A stretch of 64,000 nucleotides of DNA from Xylographa opegraphella (lineage: Eukaryota): the NCBI GenBank assembly GCA_022813865.1, contig JALDZX010000011.1, positions 186,001 through 250,000 of the forward strand, in the 5' to 3' direction. Both the position numbers and the translations under genes were made by a program. The notes beneath the pieces were generated by a model. The model had not been told where the DNA came from and ran no database searches. It saw nothing but the letters and a program-made list of their open reading frames with translations. Shown here piece after piece: positions 52,646 to 64,000 of this stretch (position 1 is the first letter of the stretch; every line of letters starts with the position of its first letter).

Positions 52646-55600
52646 TCACTCTCCGTCCCATGCCCACACCGGGGCAAACTCTTCCTCCAACCTCCCCTTC
52701 ATCAACTCCGCCAACATCCGTCTTCTTTGCTCGGGGATGTGGTCCGCGTGGTAGGCCCCCTTGGGGTCCCAACCAAAAAGAATCATCCTTGCAGTCGTGA
52801 CTGCAAAGACGCCGCAGTCCGACGAGTTTTCTTGCCTTGGCCCGGCAACCACCTTCGTCGTCCACTCCCCTTGGACGAGCTTCGACCCCAACTCTCCCCG
52901 CAGCCACACCATGCCCAACTCGATCATTCGGTTGGAGGTGCCTTCGCTGGAGGAGAGGGAGTCGAAGTACTCGATTGTCTTATGGAGCGGTGATATGACC
53001 ATCACCGTCCAGTGGTTGAGGGGGTTGATCGGTACGATCACGTACTCAACCTTGAGGAGGTCCTTCCCTCCTATTTTGGCTTTCTTGGCCCATCGCGCTA
53101 CCCCCGGATAGCCTTTCGAGGCTAGATTCTTGAAGAAAAAGGGGGTAAAGGCGTGGTATCTTGGAATACCACGTTTTAACTTGACGCGCCTATGGGCCGT
53201 GTCCACACCGAGCTGTAAGTAAGCATCGATTATGTTATCGTTGAGCCAAGCGGAAGGCTCATCTGGAGGACCTTGAGGCAGCACCGTACCGAAGTCTTTT
53301 CTAAGGAGTTCCGTCCCATTGGAGGTGGTTGCTAGTCTGGCAGCGGGCACACGATTCATCGCATTGGTAAGCTTGAGCTGCCATTCGGCAGAGAGGGGCT
53401 GGAGGAGTGTGGTGCCAACTGGCACAGCCTTCCGATGCATCTTGGTGAGCCATGCTTCGTGGTCGTCTTGCGTCATCCGGCCCGCCTTATCTCTCTCCTG
53501 CTTCGCTTTGAGCTCCGCTTGCGACTTTTCCATCCGTACATGTGCTGCCTTCTGTTCACGTGCAAGCTGTGCTGCGATGGTGGCGTCTTCTGCTTCACAT
53601 CTCTTGGCCTCTTCTCCACGTCTCTTGGCCTCTTCTTCAAGTCTCTTGGCCTCTTCTTCACGTCTCTTGGCCTCAAGGGCATCTCGAGTACGTTGACTAA
53701 CTCTTCGCTTCGATATTCCAACGAGTGGTGATCCTGCTTTCTTCTCCTCATCCTTCACCTTCGAGATAGGAGAGGTACTAGCGCCGTCTGATTTCTCAGA
53801 CATTGCTCCTTCCGCTTCCTTCTCTTCATTCTTCACCTTCGAGATAGGAGAGGTACTAGCGCCGACTGATTTCTCAGACATTGCTCCTTCTGCTTCCTTC
53901 CCTTCATTCTTCACCTTCGAGATAGGAGAGGTACTAGCGCCGTCTGATTTCTCAGACATTGCTCCTTCTGCTTCCTTCTCATTGTTCAACGTCACGATCA
54001 TGGTAGTCGCTGATGTATCGTCGGATTCCAGAGTTATAGGCACTTCTGATGCTCCACCATCGTCTTGCGACTCATCTTTGTCGGAGTCAAGTGGTCCACT
54101 AAACTGTGCTTCATACTCATCCAGGCCCTTGACTGTAGCTGGGTTGTCATCGGAGTTCTGAAATCCAGGCTCTTCCAAAACTGCACCATTGTCTTGTGAC
54201 TCATCGTCATCGAGGTTAAGTGGTTCAGCAAACTGCGCTTCGTACTCATGCAAGCTCTTGACGGTAGCTACGTTGTCGTCGGAGTTCTCAAATCCAGGCA
54301 CTTCCAAAACTGCACTATTGTCTTGCGACTCATCTTCGTGGATAGTATGTGACCCGGAAACGACTTCTGTATGCTCTTCAAAATCTAGTGAACCATCCTC
54401 GCTGCAAGCTGAAGATAGATCCGATGAGAAGTCGAAAGTGGTATCGGCAGTGCTGTCTTCTTCGACGTACCTGACGTCATTCACAGGTTTTCCAGTGTTG
54501 GGAGATGTGTAGAAATGTACGGCTTTGCGTGCTGGGACTATAGGTGACGATATAACACTCGAGGCATTGCTTTCCAATTCTGCAAGGGGTAGTCTGGGTG
54601 AAATTGGTGAAATTGGTGGTGAGTATAATTCTGAATCATCAACCTTGTTTTTGAGATATGCCTCCGCAGCGTACTGAGCAATGGCACTGGGCCCCTTAGA
54701 CGGACGTTTTTGGATCTTTCGCAAATCCTTTCGATAATTTGCCCATGAGGCCGGTGGTACCGTCTTTTTCAAGTGGGTCATGGAGACTGGATAATTCGAA
54801 AGTTTCAGAAGTAAATCAAGTTTACTCACACCAAAGTTTGCATCAGCTTTGGGAGGCATCTGATCGCAAGGACCATAACGCTCTTCAGATGTAAGGAAGG
54901 GTGATGGCGGATGATAATTTGGAGGCGTAGTTGTTGCCACATAAAAGGGTGATGGAGGATGATAATTTGGAGGTGTAGTTGATTCCACATAACGGGGCGA
55001 TGAAGGCGGCGTCCGCGGGACATCATTCACCGCATTCCCGGAACCTCTTGCGCGACCGTCTGACCCATTTGCGACTGGAACTTCAACAGATTCTGTAGCA
55101 GTAGCTCTGGGAGAATGTTGTGTATGTCTGGTTGTGTTTCTAGGTTGACGAGCAGAACTGACACCTGATGGGCTCGGCCTTAATGGCTGTTGCGCAGAAA
55201 CGGTGAACTCGATCAAACGACGCTTGAAGCTACCTGCACCTTGGACAGCAGCTCGGTATGTATGTACAGTCACATCCATGGTAGCTCGACTAGCACTGAG
55301 GATGTGGCGCTTATTGCCGTAAGCAACATTCTTTCCGAACCGCCAAGCAGTACGAGCAGTCCCGACTGACTGCACTGCAACAGTATAGACGGAACCAAGC
55401 GTTGACAAACATGCAGCAGCAATGTTGTGGACCTTATCGGTCATGGTGATAGGGTGTTGAAGTTCTGTCGGTGTGTACAGGGTAGAAGGTGAGATGATAT
55501 GGGCAAAGAGACCATCAGAAGTTCGCTGTGGAGTAGGACGTGACGTGGTCGAGTGATATGATAAACGTGTCGCGTTACCTGGCTGAACTGGTGGACGGGG

Positions 55601-56458
55601 CATGAATCTCTGCATGGACTCCAAAAACGTGGGCTCATACGATTGACCGGCGGCTCGCTGTAATGAAGAAGGTGGTGTATCTGCAGGAAATGCGCCTGGC
55701 ACGGTTCCGCGAAGTAGGTTTCCTTGAGTATCGAAGTTGTCGTCCCCAGCAAAAGTTTCATGAGACCTTTTGAGTGGGCTGACTTTCGTATTAAGCCAGA
55801 CTTGTTCCCCGGCAGTGCGCCAGTTTGCTTCAGGTGTTTTTGGAACATTAGGGTTTGGTCGGTAAGGCTCCTCCCAAATTTTGTCCCGCTTAGGCGCGTT
55901 CCTGATGAACCTCCTTGAACCGTCGAGTTGCCAGGATTCTCGGTTTGCTGCCCTACCGGTAGAGACCCGGAATGGCGATGCTGCAGATGTAAAAAGTGCA
56001 CTTTGGAAACTGCCAGTGTCACCAAGCCGTCCTCCTTGTGTTGTCGAAATGTACTTTCGTCCAAAATTGGCTTGTAGTGTCTGTGACGACAGGTTTGTTC
56101 GTCTCACAGCGCCAAAACCGGTGTTACCATGACCGTGACCGATATTACTAGCGCTGGCATATGAAGTTGACCCGTAGGTCGTGGCACCTAGCTGACTGTA
56201 AGTTGTGGAATCTCGTTGATATTTGGATATGTTACCTCTTTGGGGATAGGGTGTGTTGACCCGTTGACCGTACTTCGTAGTGGTTTGCCGACGGAACTTG
56301 TTATAAGGGAACGCAGCGTAGCGTTTCGTCTTCTTTGGGAGATTCTCACCGATGACTCTGAGCTCAGACAGTGGTTCTGGTGCTGCTGGAAGTGGTGTGA
56401 AGGCCGGGGGGAATTGTCGTGCTTGATCCCACTCCATGGGATCAGAAGCCTGGTCCAT
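52646..56458 (-). CDS. ULP1: SUMO protease Ulp1-like (peptidase C48), 1270 aa, single ORF
   Basis: WLNDNIIDAY, FTPFFFKNL, VARWAKK, NHWT (His), EYFDSL (Asp), QENSSDCGVF (Gln/Cys); long disordered N-terminus with internal tandem repeats. Confidence 0.9.
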   Translation of the reverse strand: MDQASDPMEWDQARQFPPAFTPLPAAPEPLSELRVIGENLPKKTKRYAAFPYNKFRRQTTTKYGQRVNTPYPQRGNISKYQRDSTTYSQLGATTYGSTSYASASNIGHGHGNTGFGAVRRTNLSSQTLQANFGRKYISTTQGGRLGDTGSFQSALFTSAASPFRVSTGRAANRESWQLDGSRRFIRNAPKRDKIWEEPYRPNPNVPKTPEANWRTAGEQVWLNTKVSPLKRSHETFAGDDNFDTQGNLLRGTVPGAFPADTPPSSLQRAAGQSYEPTFLESMQRFMPRPPVQPGNATRLSYHSTTSRPTPQRTSDGLFAHIISPSTLYTPTELQHPITMTDKVHNIAAACLSTLGSVYTVAVQSVGTARTAWRFGKNVAYGNKRHILSASRATMDVTVHTYRAAVQGAGSFKRRLIEFTVSAQQPLRPSPSGVSSARQPRNTTRHTQHSPRATATESVEVPVANGSDGRARGSGNAVNDVPRTPPSSPRYVESTTPPNYHPPSPFYVATTTPPNYHPPSPFLTSEERYGPCDQMPPKADANFGVSKLDLLLKLSNYPVSMTHLKKTVPPASWANYRKDLRKIQKRPSKGPSAIAQYAAEAYLKNKVDDSELYSPPISPISPRLPLAELESNASSVISSPIVPARKAVHFYTSPNTGKPVNDVRYVEEDSTADTTFDFSSDLSSACSEDGSLDFEEHTEVVSGSHTIHEDESQDNSAVLEVPGFENSDDNVATVKSLHEYEAQFAEPLNLDDDESQDNGAVLEEPGFQNSDDNPATVKGLDEYEAQFSGPLDSDKDESQDDGGASEVPITLESDDTSATTMIVTLNNEKEAEGAMSEKSDGASTSPISKVKNEGKEAEGAMSEKSVGASTSPISKVKNEEKEAEGAMSEKSDGASTSPISKVKDEEKKAGSPLVGISKRRVSQRTRDALEAKRREEEAKRLEEEAKRRGEEAKRCEAEDATIAAQLAREQKAAHVRMEKSQAELKAKQERDKAGRMTQDDHEAWLTKMHRKAVPVGTTLLQPLSAEWQLKLTNAMNRVPAARLATTSNGTELLRKDFGTVLPQGPPDEPSAWLNDNIIDAYLQLGVDTAHRRVKLKRGIPRYHAFTPFFFKNLASKGYPGVARWAKKAKIGGKDLLKVEYVIVPINPLNHWTVMVISPLHKTIEYFDSLSSSEGTSNRMIELGMVWLRGELGSKLVQGEWTTKVVAGPRQENSSDCGVFAVTTARMILFGWDPKGAYHADHIPEQRRRMLAELMKGRLEEEFAPVWAWDGE

Positions 56459-57239
56459 CGCGGATCAGTGTCCTGGTAGTTCTTTCTAGATGTGAAAAGG
56501 GTTTTTGAAAGTAGGGAAGATAACAACAAAGCTCATACAGAGCAAGAACGACTTGAGAAGCGTGGTGGTTGCTTTGCAAGAAGTTGTGGTTGAGGGAAGG
56601 AAGTGAAGTTGTGTGGAAAGGGAGGTTACGTTGTTGTGGTCCTGAGATTTGTTTACCCCACCGTGAAGCCATGCTAGCAGCAACGCGCTCTCCGCGCCGA
56701 AATTGTGAAGTGAGGTGTGGTTTAACACTCAACCTGTGTGAAGCTCAGTAACACTTCAAGATGGCCCAATGCGGCTAGAACCGCAATTGGATGCGGAAAG
56801 CGCCAAGACGTACCTCAACGCTTGGCCGAGCTGGGAATAGGCCCGGTATCAAGCTTACTGACTCTTGAAGCAATGCTCCGCCAACACTTTCACTCCGGTG
56901 ATCAGGATAGCTCACTGCTATCCGCTCAGATGTGGGGAAGGTCATTCAATGTCATATATCAAAGTCATATATACATTCATCTCTATGTATATATCGCATA
57001 TGTACGGTTATAATTGTAGATGATATCATTGAGCCGAACGCCTGCTGCAAACCACGCTTGATAGCATATTAGGAAAGCTCTTTGGGCACCGACGACGATG
57101 CCTCTGCTACATGAGAAAAGCTGACGAGCGATCGTACAACTGGAACCCAACACGAGTGTTATTTCATCGGCAAGTGATACGGTGAAGATGACAATTGCCC
57201 TTGATCATGTTTGCTGTGTTTGCGCGTAATCTTGCTCCT

Positions 57240-59250
57240 TCACAGCTGTGCCTGCGCCGCAGCATTTCCAAGCGGCCTCGAGGTAAAGGACCCAAAGTAC
57301 TCGTTCAATGCATCCACTGTTCCATCACCCTCCACAAGCTGCACCACACATCCTACATAACCGTCCGGTCTTACCACAACTACTCCGCCTTTCTCTTGAT
57401 CAAGCCCCATTTTCGCATGGGCTACAGCCTTGATCTGAGGCTTCCGAGCATCCTCGATATCGTCCGCGTAGACATGAGCGCTGTACCTGGCTAGTAGCTC
57501 AGGCAGGGTTTCTGCTATCTCGATGCTTGGCCGAGGCGCCGCAAATATTGTGCAGATCGTAAAGAAATGCGAATGTGGGTTGTGCCGTTCGTGGTAACTA
57601 ACTTGGTCGATGTCCTCCCTCTCGAAAGCCATGTAGAAGCTGCGTTTCTTTAAGAGGTTATTGGAGAAGTCTGCAACAGCTCGCCTCGTAATGTTAGGGA
57701 CACCCGCGAAGAGGTATATTCGGAAGGATCCGTTGACCGGAATTTCTTGCTCCAAGTGCGCAATGTTGGCGTCGACTACCCGAGTTACATCCGCGTTCAG
57801 CATGATCCGGCCTGTCCGCAATGTTGTACCTTTGGGATGAAACAGATGCGAGCGTGCAGGATGTTCGGTGGACCAGTTGAGCACGTTGGGACCGTATGCA
57901 ACGCCATACCCTGAAGTGAATTCACAGCTAGCCTTGAATAGCTCAACAAATTCGTTGGATTCTTCACCAACATCAGTTTGCTGAGAGGCTGCGCCAACCT
58001 CACCTGCCGATGGCTGGCGTTGAGAGAATAACGCGGCATATTTTGCATCAAAGTTCAGTAGATTTTCAGCAATTAGCTTGCGCTCTGACTCATACGACTC
58101 GAGGATTGACCGATTTGCAAAACCTGACTCAACATGGTGGATTTTCCATGCCAGATTTTGTGCATCCAAGAATGCTGTGTTCATGCCTTGACCAGCTTTG
58201 GGCTGTGGTGAAGTCAGCATGCTTTGTTGACAATTGCAGCATAATCCGTCCTACGCTGTGTGTGTGGCAAGCATCTCCACCCATAAAGACTCTGTGATCA
58301 AGAGTATACTTCTCCGCAATACCTTGACCAATAGGATAGACCGAGTACCACTCAACTCTATCCCATGCTATCCAGTATGGCTGAAGGATCTTCTTGGCAG
58401 ATGCTTGCACTTCTTCGGTCGTAGCTTGTTGACGCGGATTCCAGTTCTTGTCCGTTGACGACGCAATCTGTATATATAGTCTCACTAGATTGTTTTCTCG
58501 TGGAATGATCATAATGGACCCGTAATCGGAATGAATCGTGCATTTCATCTCCTGCATATCAGTATGTTGTGGCCTCTAGAAGCATGGATCGGGAAAGACC
58601 TTGATATCTGGAAAGTTTGTTCGCACCACGCCGTCCATAACGCCCCATACGTGCGCAATCGGATCTTTGTGAATCATCTTGACGCCTAATTGCTCACGAA
58701 CAAAACTCCTGGCACCCTCGCCGCTGAAGAGGTATTTGGCGCGCACCGTCTCCTTTCCTTTGGTATCGACGTGCTCGTATGTCACTTCGACGGGGTGTGT
58801 ATCATCTTTGGTGTCGTTTTGAAAACCAGTGATCTTCCATGGCCTCTGTATGGCCGTTCCGTTCGCCTCCAGATCTTTGATGAAGACCCGCTCTATCATG
58901 CCCTGATGCAGCAAGGTCGTGAAAGGATGGCGCGAGTCAAGGAATTCGGGGCAGCTGGCCCAGGTGCCAGTCCGATGAATGCCAGTACCGGATTTACGTG
59001 GGTCCCAGAAAGCCACCTCGTAGACTCTGGCAGGCTCATACTCCATGATGTGCCGCTTCAACTTCATGTTCCGGAGCAGATCTAATGATCGAGGCTGGAT
59101 GCCATCTGCTCTCCCTGTGGCAGTGGGCGTTGGTCTATTGTCAATATGCTTGATTTTGTAGCCCCATCGTGCCAAGCAAACTGAGAGCAGGAGTCCAACA
59201 GGTCCAGCGCCGACAATGACAATGTCGTATCTTGGAAGTTCAGGCGCCAT
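57240..59250 (-). CDS. FAD-dependent phenol 2-monooxygenase (PheA/MHBH type)
   Basis: [45 protein letters not shown]-terminal thioredoxin-like [10 protein letters not shown]; two introns. Confidence 0.93.
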
Positions 59251-59665
59251 AGCGAAGGGATGAAGTGCCAGTCACTCACGGAGAAGAAAATTGACAATGT
59301 GTGAACTGGCTCAACAATGATACAGAGACAATTTCCACAAAATCGAAGCACAAAAGCGAAGCGGACAAAACCGCGAAAAATAGTGATAAGTACAGGGGAA
59401 AAAGGCTGTTCAAAATAATTACAACTGTAGGTAAGCACGACAAATCACCTAGTAGTTGTCGAAAGACGGAATCCAGATCGGCATGCACAACCAAAGCTTC
59501 ACTCAGCGGGCTTCTCCTCTTGGAGCACTACGAGTAGAAGACGGAATCATTCCGTCCAAGAATATTGATGACGACCCTCGGAGGCGGAGGCGCCAGCGAG
59601 CTAGCCAGTGCCGTGCCAGGATTGCTTTTGGAGGGGAAGGACAACGATACCTTAGTACGCAATCG

Positions 59666-59795
59666 GTAAGGTAGCTCCCCAAGGCAAGGTACGGGTAGAT
59701 GGGTAGGTAGGTACCTACCGTAAGGTGCCTAAGGTAAGGTAGGTAGGGAAATATGGAGCACCTACCTCTACCGTAGGTACCTTAAGGTACGTAGT
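59666..59795. promoter_or_regulatory. AGGTA/TACCT-rich cluster with two 14-bp palindromes upstream of the monooxygenase
   Basis: GGTAGGTACCTACC (59706-59719) and GTACCTTAAGGTAC (59777-59790). Regulatory role inferred from position only. Confidence 0.35.
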
Positions 59796-61549
59796 AGTAG
59801 TTGTATCTACATCGAGGTCGTATCGCGGGTGTAAGGGCAAGTGGGAGAAGGTGGGGGGGAAAGGCGCGGCTAAAGGAGCAAAGTCTGGCCCTCGGGCCGC
59901 GAATTCGGGAAAGTTGGACGGGAACGGCAAAGCGTCCTCGCTTAACCATCCCTTACTGCCTCGTGACTTGGTGGGAAAACCTCAAACTTCTTGGCGCTTT
60001 GAACGTCACTCCTCGCCGTGCATCAGCACGGTGCAAGAATGATACCTACCATGCCTCAGGATCTTACTTTAGGGATGGGTGGAGGACGGCAACGTGAATC
60101 GTGGTCTGAGACAAAGTGAATAGACCGCCTGCTTGTTTCATATCTTGCTACTCTGCCCACCGCCGGCCTCTCGCATCCGTGGCAGCTACATATATGCCAT
60201 CGCGCTCCAACCGCTGGGAGGAGGTGCGTTGTGCGTTCAGCTCTTCATGAACAGCCTGTCATCTCTTCCTACTTCGCCAATGTTCCATTCGCAGAAAGGA
60301 GGTCCTCGGTCTTTTGATGAGTCCCTACTTCCCATCAACTTTATCAAGGCGAGATCCCCAAACTGAAGGTGATCTCATCGCGACCCCGGGGTTGGTCTTC
60401 GACTGCGATCTTTTCTCATTCTGGCTTCCCCGGACATGGGTCTTGCTCTTACATGTGTATTCAGATCGTATGATTTCCAACATCGATCGTTGGCTGTACT
60501 GTGATGAATGTCAGCGGCGGCTCGGCTGGAAGTATCCCTAGTCATATTCTTGCTTCGGCCGCACATCTGTGGTCACTCTCAGTTTCTCTTTGGATGATCT
60601 TCATTGAACCATATTCATTGTGACTCTGAAGCATGCTAAGATCGTGCGTTCCAGACCCAACTCTGTTTGCGTACCTTACGTTGCCGCTCTCAAAGCAATT
60701 TATAGTTTGCGTCCGAGGGTGCCCACCGTCCTAGAATGGGCACAGTACCAGACCCAGCAGAGCGACACGTACTGCGTGTGGTAAGATCAGGATCAACGCA
60801 AGGTCAACCCCAATGTGACTTAAAACGAGAGGAGACCTAGCTTCCAGCAAATGATGCCGAGCAGAATTTTTTCCTCAGATTCTTTGTGGATCACGAAGAT
60901 TTTCGACGAGGACTCCCCGAATATGTTCTTACCAGAGCCATAGTATAGCCTGCAGCGTACACTAATAGTGCCTTATTAACTCCACCCTATGCCTTTGATA
61001 TGAATTCTCGTGCCTCATGGTTCTTCAGGAATTGTTGACGGACATATAGGCAACCAAAGAATTAGCCTTTATAGACATTCTAGACGGAGAACGGATCTGT
61101 CGCGAAAAGTAAGGCTGACGGCCACTCAGCTGCATATATCGGTGAATTTCTGACTGAATTATCACCTGATATCAGTTTTGGTTGTTCGGTGTATTTTGTG
61201 TCACTTCGTGTAATCACTTTTCACCATGTCAGTCTTTGACCTTTTGCCTCTGCAGATGTGGTGCATTATGCTTCGCGCGGCAATAATCATTTAGCGCACA
61301 CTCGGAATGATATTCAAGGTCAGAAGGAAAAGTAGTGGATATGAACAATATGGCAACTTTCCATGATGGTCTCCAATCTGTGGATACGACAGCGATAGCC
61401 ACTGGATATTTTGTTCAATATCTCTGCAAGAGTTCGAAGTAACCAAGGAGACGACAGCTACTAAAAGAACATATGTATACATATCTTAAATTAAGGGAAA
61501 TGTATCTCCTATGCGAATACCACTACGGGAGACTTCGCTATCCTCGACT

Positions 61550-62131
61550 ATGATATTGGCTTTCCTTGTGTGGTATCTCTTCACTGCTGTCATGTGGATG
61601 ATAATAACCTGTACGGGCGGTCAGCTTATATGCTCGTCTTATTTCGGCGGTGGCCCATACTTCATAGAAGATTACAGCGCGGGCATTTACGACAAAATCT
61701 TCTGTGTACAGAACATTGGAAAAGTGCTACTGGACAAGCAGCTGAATGACAACGCAGCTTACAATGGGTACAAGCTGACTTCACCACCTGGACGCAGTCG
61801 CTTGACTATCGGAGTGGTGAGAGCGATACTTCTTTGCCGTCCCTTCGGTTGTATGAGTGCATACACTGGTAGAAGTGTACTCATCTCGATTGAGTACAAT
61901 CTCCTCACTGACAAAAGTTTGTTTTTGTCTCGTTAGGTAGTAGACGTGTGGTGGACGGAAGTGTTTCAGAAAGCTTTCGAAACTCCGTGTTATCAGCCAA
62001 CCATCTGGTCAAGCATGTCCTTGATATGGCACTTCGATCCTGATACATGTCAGCCGACTCCCACCTTGTCCTCGGCATTCGAGATCGAACTTGGAGACTC
62101 TTTTGCCTTATATAGCAAGATCTGCTGGTGA
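61550..62131 (+). pseudogene. Possible small secreted protein gene, probably degenerate
   Basis: Signal-like MILAFLVWYLFTAVMWMIITCTGG, then LICSSYFGGGP; candidate intron GTATGA...CTGAC...TAG ending at 61936; downstream frame unclear. Confidence 0.3.
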
Positions 62132-62981
62132 GCTTCTATTTCTGTCTGTCTCTTATGCATGAATGGCTAATCGGCAGAGGGTGCTTGTCACACAAAAAGG
62201 TGTACACGTCTGATTGCGCCCGCAAAGGTAGGAAGCTAGAAGGAACCTGCATACAATTCTTGCTGAAGTTGATATACCAAGGGACTTGAGAATACATTCT
62301 TGTTTCCCATCGTTAACTATTCTTTAGGGAGCGTTGCTTAGAGAGACAACGCATAGGGCGGACTTCCAACGCGTAGCGTGATTAGTGTTTTTGGCATCAA
62401 ACCCTACCATTCTGAGCTCCCTCACCTCATTGCACAAACCTTTCTCAAACCTGGCTTCTTGGTAACCTCCTTGGGCCAGTATATGAACTTTCAGGCTTAG
62501 TTGCTCAATCATTGGTTACTTCTTAATTTGTTCAGCTTCTTGATTCCCATTGCTCCAAGCTGTTCACGCGGTCGAACGTCTTTCGACAATTATTTTCAAA
62601 ATCCCAGATTGTAACGCGCAATCATCCCTTCGGAACCACATTCGAACCCTCAGATATCCGACGATAGTGTCCTCTTGCTGAGCTTCATCACTGTCACTGT
62701 ATGGTAGTCCTTGCGCAGCTGAGTATCTACTCCACCTCTATTGGAGGAAACCACTCATTTGAACAAATTTTGAGAAACACTTTTCAAAATACTGACTGCA
62801 TCATACAGTATTCATCAACGATCGTAATCAGCTCTCGTGCTCATGACCCTCGTTTCACCGAACCCAGGATCAGTTGACATTGCAGTTCACTTCAATTGCC
62901 TTGCTGAAGTTTTCTGACTTACCTCTGCTTGACGGTCGCAAAATCAGAATTTCCTCAAAGAGCAGTAGCTGTACTTTCACC

Positions 62982-63411
62982 ATGGAAAGCATAACTTATC
63001 CCAGCATTCCGAATATTCGAAGTCACCAACGATTGAGAAATCAAGTTAGTGCTCAAAAAGGTCTTTTCGATGAGCCCGAAACAGCACAAACCACAGCCAG
63101 TATTCCCGAAGCACAGGGGCACAATGTTTCAGCATTTCCTGAGTACAGTCTAATCGATTTGACGGATGAAGATACTCTTGGGATTCCTGAAGGATACCTC
63201 GTTCGGAATGAACTAAGTCTTCCTGAAGATGAAAACACTTTGTTCGACGACGGACTCGGTCCTGCAGAGTGGAACACGATTTCTTCCATGAAGCCCGATA
63301 ACGACCTCAGTGAAATGACCACCGGTCATGGCGTCTGTTTTATGAAAGCTGAGGAGGCAGATCCTGTATTTGTTCGGGATCAAAATGAATATTCCGACGC
63401 TATCAGTTTAT
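62982..63411 (+). CDS. 5' part of a hypothetical acidic protein, cut by the assembly gap
   Basis: Frame open from ATG 62982 to the N run; contains SIM-like LIDLTDED. Confidence 0.45.
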
Positions 63412-63461
63412 NNNNNNNNNNNNNNNNNNNNNNNNNNNNNNNNNNNNNNNNNNNNNNNNNN
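63412..63461. other. Assembly gap or contig join (50 N)
   Basis: Run of 50 n. Confidence 0.99.
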
Positions 63462-63524
63462 GTGATTAAGCAATGCACTGCTATCTGCTGCCAAAACCCC
63501 TGTGCCTAGTGATTAAATTCAACA
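63462..63524 (+). repeat. 63-bp exact repeat, copy 2
   Basis: Identical to 42872-42934; starts at the first base after the gap. Confidence 0.97.
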
Positions 63525-63608
63525 CAAATTATAATATAAGTTGAACATACTTTTACAACAAAGGAAATTCTTTGTTTTATATAGAAGTTCTTGTTCCGTA
63601 TGCCCCCA

Positions 63609-63707
63609 GTGCCCCTCACAGTGGCACCTGGTGGCAGCCCTCGGTACCCTTTACGGTGGCAACCGGTGGCAGCCCTCGATGCCCCCTATGGTGGCACTTG
63701 GTGGCAC
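63609..63707 (+). repeat. 35-bp tandem repeat with paired GTGGCA motifs
   Basis: Units start at 63621, 63656 and 63691, each GTGGCAnnnGGTGGCA. Confidence 0.88.
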
Positions 63708-64000
63708 GGAGACTAGTAAGTCCGGTTACCCCAGTCTTACCCGGTGAAGGTGAGAACCTTAACATCTGGGATCATCCTAAGACCATGTGCGCTACCCCCC
63801 ATTCGCCCTTAAGGTAGACTAGACTACGGAAGTACGCGCCACGCGATGATGGCAAATCAGCGCGAACCATCGTCTCTGCAGAATTGGTCACACCGCTCAT
63901 CACATGGGTGATGCCACTTGATAAAACTTGAGAGTCGACAGCGCAAGGCATCTCCACGGTGTCACTGCAAAGTTGAAGTCATGTAGATAACGTAGAGAGT

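Noticed and set aside
57240..62131. Possible aromatic catabolism or secondary metabolite cluster around the monooxygenase
   Set aside because: No ring-cleavage dioxygenase, PKS/NRPS, Zn2Cys6 factor or transporter adjacent in this window.
63150..63173. SIM-like LIDLTDED as part of a 'SUMO locus' with ULP1
   Set aside because: Such motifs are common in nuclear proteins; the gene is truncated and linkage is likely chance.
63609..63707. CRISPR-like appearance of the 35-bp repeats
   Set aside because: Tandem units without unique spacers, eukaryotic context, no cas genes.

Overview
Fungal (Pezizomycotina) nuclear DNA with short GT-AG introns; a lichen-forming Lecanoromycete is my unverified impression. 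Recognisable intact genes, in order: GPN2, a secreted M35-like protein, BUB3, a GH72 Gas/Gel transglycosylase, PI31, a three-finger C2H2 transcription factor in a ~13 kb gene-poor block, a 17-exon TRP-like cation channel, PP2A catalytic subunit, an MFS transporter, ATG18, a TYW4/PPM2-Kelch-JmjC fusion, PPS1, ULP1 and a phenol 2-monooxygenase. Between them lie a TPR-SET pseudogene, possible decayed small secreted-protein genes, micro/minisatellites and a 50-N gap. I found no rRNA, tRNA, CRISPR array, intact transposase or biosynthetic cluster, and no complete novel multi-gene system I can support. Best leads: ULP1 tandem repeats that each carry a SUMO-acceptor consensus; an intact secreted M35-like protein lacking HExxH; an exact 63-bp duplication linking the TYW4 promoter to the post-gap sequence; and a possible alternative PI31 C-terminus. 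Exon boundaries and family calls were made by eye without database searches.
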